The notes beneath the pieces are model-generated. The model was not told the origin of the DNA, did not search any database, and was given only the letters and a program-made list of their open reading frames with translations. Positions 23,398 through 28,838 of a DNA stretch of 28,838 nucleotides are shown here, piece after piece (positions within the stretch are counted from its first letter, which is position 1; every line of letters begins with the position of its first letter). The translations under genes and the position numbers were made by a program. Source of the stretch: Sarea resinae (Eukaryota); NCBI GenBank assembly GCA_026026165.1, contig JAPEUD010000090.1, forward strand, positions 62,001 through 90,838. The letters run 5' to 3'.

Positions 23398-24396
23398 GAT
23401 GAAGGGCCGAGGCGAATCTCTCGGGACACCATGATGTGTTGATGGGCAGAAGTAAGAATCAATTTGTGGCAGCTACCAATATGGAGGAAAGTTCTCATGA
23501 TGAGGTGCAAGGTGCAAGATGGATGAGGCCGACCGAGTGAGCTCGCGTCACCTCACAATGGCATTCTAAAAACATTCTTTGCCGGCATAGCATCAAGGCG
23601 ATGATTCCGGTTGGTGCTAATAATAAGCCGACCTGCATTGTCGGACCTTTCCGTCGCTGATCGAGTTGTCGCTGTTGGCTTTGAGAATGCATCCGCCTCG
23701 ACCTGAGGGGTCTTGCGGCAACAGAGGTATCACAGGTGATTGCTGTCATACAAGCTCAGCCCTGTGGTTTTCCATTATAGTTGTGCCCGACTTGTGCGTG
23801 TCAGCGTCAGCAGTCAGCAGTATGATCCCTGATGCGACGAGAGCACTGTAAGCAACCGGACACGGTCCAACATTGACATGAGTGGCGATGCAGTGACTTG
23901 CATCGAGGTAAGCAACTCCGCGAGGATCTATGATCAGATAAGGTAAGCGAAAGATCTCCGCGCGCGGATGATCAACATCGCCTACACCGCTCGGGCGACT
24001 ATCAGATCTTGCAAGAACGGCAGTATGTAAACAAAAGGTGGTGCCAGAGGAAAAGGATTAGCAGCTCACCTCAACGACACCCCCTCATCGACAGGCGTTT
24101 CGTCGAAAAGACATGGCTCCGCGCCGCAGTAGATGAAGGATCGCTATGACAGGCTCTATAAGCAACAATGACATTCCTGGTGGGGAACTTGTTCTGCAGC
24201 GAATCTTGAGGATGTTGGTGACAGGCGCAGTGAAGGTTGAATTGCCCACGTCGCGTCCCATTGCTCTGCCAATAACTCGCGATGGAGCATCAATGGTGAA
24301 TGCCAGTCGTTTCGTCTCTTCCTTTTCTTGCCCTAGATTCACACGCACTTTGATCCGACTTCTATCACCGCAAATCCGCCGTCACCTACAACCTTT

Positions 24397-24448
24397 CCAC
24401 CATCATCACCATCACCATCGACCATCACCATCGACCATCACCATCATC
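24397..24448 (+). repeat. (CAC/CAT)n low-complexity tract
   Basis: ccaccatcatcaccatcaccatcgaccatcaccatcgaccatcaccatcatc, just upstream of the next gene. Confidence 0.7.
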
Positions 24449-24528
24449 TGTAAGTAGCACGAGCATCAACATCTAGGCATTGAATAACGAGAGGAATAGA
24501 GATCGCAAGATCATCCAGCTCCTTCACG

Positions 24529-25258
24529 ATGACCACCGCGGCCATCACTCCGACCTTCCCGGCCGCCATGACAATGGCGCTGAAGACCCAGTTCACCGCC
24601 GAAGAGTTCTACCAAGGTGAGAACCACAATCCCTTCGCTAGTATGCCTTGTACTCATTCGTATCTCAGCCTTGGGCGATCTCGACAATGAAATCCTTGAG
24701 TCGAAAAATCTCAAGGAGGTTCTTCCCATCAAGCTGATCTGCGGTGGAGGCTTTGTGGCCATTTCTCACCTTCGACTTCGTGAGACCACGGATGATATCA
24801 ATTTCATCCTTGATCCCCAGGTCAAGGGACAGACCAAAATCCGGGCCAAACTGCGACGTGCCATCGAAAACGTCGCCGCCTACCGTGGTCTCACGCGCGA
24901 ATGGCTTAATTCTAGGATGGAAGTCTTCGCGGTCGGTAACACCAAGATGCATTTGTTCCGCGATTCCCTTGACCAAAATGTCATACTTTGGCAAGGCAAG
25001 AACTTGGTCCTCTACGCTGTCAAGTGGGAGTGGTCTCTCGCTCGCAAGCTGAAGCGCATTGGGTCATCTAATCGCTCCATCGACTTGGATGACGCGGTCG
25101 CAATCCTGAGGAAGATGGTCGATGAGAAGGGCGGCCCGCTCCAGCGATCCACAGTCAAGGACCTCGACCAGATCGTCTACACCCCGATTGAAGATTCCGT
25201 CCTCGATCGCGTAGCCTTGGCATACAACTTGACGTACGGCACTCCGGGGATCGTCTGA
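24529..25258 (+). CDS. Uncharacterised fungal protein with nucleotidyltransferase-fold-like (AbiEii/DUF1814-like) motifs, ~212-225 aa, 2 exons
   Basis: Exon 1 starts at ATG 24529 or 24568 (in frame) and ends at 24616 (..TQFTAEEFYQ). Intron 24617-24668 is GTGAGA..CTCAT..CAG, and exon 2 is 24669-25258. Motifs: LICGGGFVA...RETTDDINFI, WLN, WEWSLARKLKRI...RSIDLDDAVAIL. The family assignment is from motif recall only. Confidence 0.75.
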
Positions 25259-26990
25259 ATTCGCAGGGACTTGAGGTTTTGACACTTTGGGCGAGGGTTT
25301 AGGGCGACTAGGTTCCTCCTTTGAAGATCTACATCCATTCGTTCCTCGCGTTCCTCGTTCCTCGTTCCTCTTTCCTACTTCTTGACCACGCATCCACTTT
25401 CATCACTCCCTTTCTGTTGGAGACCTACGTCAAGCACCTTTGTGATAGTCTCATTTCGCTTCGACGCAGAGTATCACGCCAGTCCTAGCACGTTATCTAG
25501 AGAAGTGCAATCAGCACGTTCAAGACTTGTACTCTGCTACGCTCCCTAGTGATGCCACTCAGCTATCTTATGCAATTAGCTTCTACGTGCTTTATGACTG
25601 ATCTAATGGCTTTAGCCAGTGCTGCCTCTTCTAAGGGCTATCATTCTGAAGTCGCCATCATTCCATGCGCAGGAAAGTTACTCTAAGTTTATGCTTAGAT
25701 ACCCCCCCAAGCCCACGGCAGCAACATGGTCGAAGCCATACCCTTAGATTCTATCTACGTCTTGTAGCTCAAAAGCTACTTCTACCCTGATGCCTCAGCT
25801 CCAGTGCTGTAGCGCCACCCAGCTTTGGGCACAGCAAGTGGCTCCCTCTAGGCCTCGTACTAGGATGACCACATACAAACCCTGAGGAGCCTCAGTAACG
25901 TAACAGACTAAATTCCGATACAGGCCTGCACCCCCTCCACCCCCCTTCCTGTAAAGGATATTGGCACTCCCGCTTGGACTTGCTGGAGGGCTATAATTCG
26001 GAGCTCTATTGCCCCTACTAGGGTTCCTCCCCACCTCCTCCCGGTGTACCTCTCCCCTGCTGCTCTGGCTGTGGCCTCTACATTTGTATGCCGCCTGGCC
26101 CGAGATTTCCGGAATGCCTCTGTATCACCACGATAAAAACGTGGGAGGCCTGGGCTCCTCTCTGTATGAGGCTTTGGTTCAGAAGTGACCCCTTCTAATG
26201 CATCCCTTGCCTTTTCATCCGCTTCCTCGGCCTTGATGGCCATATGTTCGCCGACGTTGTCACCCTCTGGATTCTATTCTCGCGCGCAGACAGCGGCAGT
26301 GGAGTTCTTGACTGACCGACTCGTAGCTCTTCTGGCATCCTTGGCTTCAGGCGAGGAAGAGAGCCTGATTGTTTCTCTATTCGCTGCCCGTCCTTTTAAC
26401 CTTCTTTGGTGACGGACCGTAGGCTTGCGAAAAAGTTGCGACCGATGCTGCGAAGGAGCGCCAAAGTTATCAATTCGATCTTGAAGAGCGCCACGGTCGA
26501 CAGGGGAGCAAGGCGAGGCGGCACGGGGAAAGCGGCACGGGCGCAGGTGGAGCAGGCGGAGAGGCGGAGAGGCGGATGCGGAGAGGCGATGCAGAGAGGC
26601 GGAGCAGGGGACGGGCGACGGGCGACGCGATCGTCCTCTCTGCCGCGCTACACCCATCGTTTACGATCTGGAATTCCTCTGTCACTTGCCCGCGCTCTTA
26701 ATCACGACATCTAACTTTCTGTGCGGGCCAAGTCTAACTACTACACTTCTACCATCTGTGCTCAATATTAACACTTCGATGGACGCTTCTACTACATAAC
26801 CCAGATAACGAACAGACACGGACCACGGTAAATTCCGATCGTCATCACCATCATCAACATGACAACCATACTGCAACCATCATCAACACCATCAACGCCA
26901 TCATCAGTCGTATTATTACTATCATCGACAAGCAGCACAATAGCACAGAGAAAGCAGCACAGTCGGAGGCGGAGGCGAAGCAGGGGACGC

Positions 26991-27726
26991 TCATCTGCCG
27001 ACTGCGTGTCTCCCTCTGGCTAAGGCCTTTCGGTCAGCTCCCGCGATGCTCGCCTCTTGTCTGGCGACTTTCGCGTCTTCGAAGACGGCCTTTATCAGAG
27101 TCCCCACGCGCGAGATGGGACCCGCAGAGCCAAGGCACAAGGCCAGATGCCGGAGTGGGACATGCACATACTCGTGCCATGCAAGGTCCTCCGCCCTTGG
27201 CATCGTGGATGCCGCTAGGAAGGCTCGGCTCACGACGAAAATGATCATCGTGTCATGCTGCCGCAGGCCTGCGAGTTCTGACCATGCCAGACTGTTAATT
27301 GAGAGGCTCTCAAATCCCCTCACGATGATATTGAGCTGGCCAGGCTCTTGGACCGCCTTACCTAGCGGGGCAAACAACTGGAATTTCCGATTCGCAGGCA
27401 GAGGCGTTGGCCCTGCGAAGTCCGATGCTAGCCTCTTGTCTTGCGGTCATCCCCTCCTCGAAGAGGCCCTTTAGCAAAGTTCTGACGCGCGAGATAGGCG
27501 CCACAGATCCAAAACACGCAGCAAGATGCTTAAGCGGCACGTGGACATAGTCGTGCCAGGCTAACTGTTCTGCCCCTGGAACTCCGCATCCTTCTGCTAG
27601 CCACTCCCGGCTCACAACAAAGATTACCATAATCTCCTCTTCCCGGGCAACAAGGCCCGCGAGCTCGGACCATGCAACGGTGTCGACAGAGAGGCCATCG
27701 TAGCCCCTTACAAGGATATTAACCGC
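26991..27726 (-). pseudogene. Two tandem copies of an unknown ~100-aa protein domain in different frames (pseudogene or two small paralogous genes)
   Basis: Copy A (~27726-27423): NILVRGYDGLSVDTVAWSELAGL..IMVIFVVSREWL..LAWHDYVHVPLKHLAACFGSVAPISRVRTLLKGLFEE..ARQEASI. Copy B (~27345-27040): NIIVRGFESLSINSLAWSELAGL..TMIIFVVSRAFL..LAWHEYVHVPLRHLALCLGSAGPISRVGTLIKAVFED..ARQEASI. A stop at 27358-27360 and a frame change separate them. Confidence 0.55.
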
Positions 27727-28034
27727 CTAACCACATTGCAGCGGGCGATCCCACTAGGATCGAGGAGACGTACCAGGTACGTACCCCGACCGCCTGGCCC
27801 CTGATTGGCCCGCCCTGCCAGCAGAAAGTAGGATCAAGCAGAGTAGGATCGAGCAATTGCCACCGCGTCGAAATCGCCTCCTGACGCCGCCAGCCGCATC
27901 TCCGACCCTCGAGGAGCCGCCTTTCTATGGCACTCGATCGATCATCTCCTACCGTTGATGCCGTTCGGGCCCGCTCAACTCTCTAGGGTTGCTCGACCTC
28001 AGTTGGGGCTACCTTCCACTTGTACCCTGACTGC

Positions 28035-28384
28035 ATCGCTGCTGAGCGACCGAGCGAGCGAGCGAGCGGGCGCGCCCCGGGTAACCCCCGGTGGTAGCCC
28101 CAGGTAACTCTCAGTGGCCATAGCTACTTTTTTCGAAATGGCAACCGAGCGACTAACTAACCAGTCGAGCGCGCCCCGGGTAACCCCTCGTGGCACCTCG
28201 AGGGAAGCAAGCCTTAGTGGCATCCTGACCGCATAGCTAGTCGCCATCCTATCTGATGCAGCTGTTCAACGATTGAACTTCTGGACAGTCCAGCAGAAAA
28301 ACCTCTCTCTAGGCTGCGGGCGCTTTCTGAGTATAGCCCTGCTGCTGAATCGCGACCGACTGACTGACCGACCGATTGAGCGCG
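28035..28384. repeat. Degenerate subtelomeric repeat modules (tetramer microsatellite + GCGCGCCCCRGGTAACCCC)
   Basis: GCGCGCCCCRGGTAACCCC occurs at ~28070, ~28169 and ~28380. Each copy is preceded by a GAGC/ACTA/GACT-type tetramer run. Confidence 0.75.
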
Positions 28385-28697
28385 CCCCAGGTAACCCCCC
28401 GTGGCATCCCCGGGTAACCCCCCGTGGCATCCCCGGGTAACCCCCCGTGGCATCCCCGGGTAACCCCCCGTGGCATCCCCAGGTAACCCCCCGTGGCATC
28501 CCCGGGTAACCCCCCGTGGCATCCCCGGGTAACCCCCCGTGGCATCCCCGGGTAACCCCCCGTGGCATCCCCAGGTAACCCCCCGTGGCATCCCCGGGTA
28601 ACCCCCCGTGGCATCCCCGGGTAACCCCCCGTGGCATCCCCGGGTAACCCCCCGTGGCATCCCCGGGTAACCCCCCGTGGCATCCCCGGGTAACCCC
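28385..28697 (+). repeat. Subtelomeric 23-bp minisatellite (GGTAACCCCCCGTGGCATCCCCG), ~13.5 copies
   Basis: GGTAA recurs every 23 nt from 28390 to 28689, and the copies are nearly identical. Confidence 0.95.
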
Positions 28698-28713
28698 GCG
28701 AACCCCCCTAACC

Positions 28714-28838
28714 TTAGGGTTAGGGTTAGGGTTAGGGTTAGGGTTAGGGTTAGGGTTAGGGTTAGGGTTAGGGTTAGGGTTAGGGTTAGGGTTAGGGTTA
28801 GGGTTAGGGTTAGGGTTAGGGTTAGGGTTAGGGTTAGG
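28714..28838 (+). repeat. Telomere (TTAGGG)n, right chromosome end
   Basis: 20 perfect TTAGGG copies plus TTAGG run to the end of the window, with the G-rich strand oriented 5'->3' toward the end. Confidence 0.98.

Noticed and set aside
24146..24457. His-rich 103-aa ORF
   Set aside because: The poly-His comes from a CAC/CAT microsatellite in the upstream region of the next gene, and there is no other coding evidence.
26274..26714. Arg/Ala-rich ORFs in a GC-rich, GA-rich stretch
   Set aside because: The low-complexity sequence is open in several frames on both strands, with no recognisable product.
25300..28380. Telomere-linked RecQ helicase or telomeric retrotransposon (MoTeR-like)
   Set aside because: No helicase (Walker A, DEAH) or reverse transcriptase motifs are visible in any listed frame.
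28385..28697. CRISPR-like array, or coding ORFs (MPRGVTRGCHGG...) in the 23-bp repeat
   Set aside because: The units are contiguous with no unique spacers, the context is eukaryotic, and the ORFs are just translations of a stop-free minisatellite.

Overview
This is the last ~29 kb of a chromosome from a filamentous ascomycete: genes carry short GT-AG introns with CTRAY branch sites, and the window ends in a (TTAGGG)n telomere at 28714-28838. Most of it is the telomere-proximal end of a secondary-metabolite gene cluster. In order: the 5' part of a fatty acid synthase beta-subunit gene (minus strand, <1-860, running off the window and absent from the ORF track); a complete FAS alpha-subunit gene lacking the C-terminal PPT domain (minus, 2556-7616); a divergently transcribed 6-exon cytochrome P450 (9541-11457); a TOXE/APS2-type regulator with a bZIP basic region plus ankyrin repeats (~12624/12742-14099); and a 15-exon ABCC/MRP exporter with an unusual C-terminal tail (minus, 17834-23397). 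This gene set resembles the fatty-amino-acid supply modules of the HC-toxin, apicidin and aspercryptin NRPS clusters. The core synthetase is not in the window and would lie to the left. Distal to the cluster are a small nucleotidyltransferase-fold-like gene (24529/24568-25258), a TpA-rich degenerate stretch, a tandemly duplicated ~100-aa unknown protein domain (~27000-27730), nested subtelomeric repeats with a 23-bp minisatellite, and the telomere. All exon boundaries were read by eye and no database search was run.
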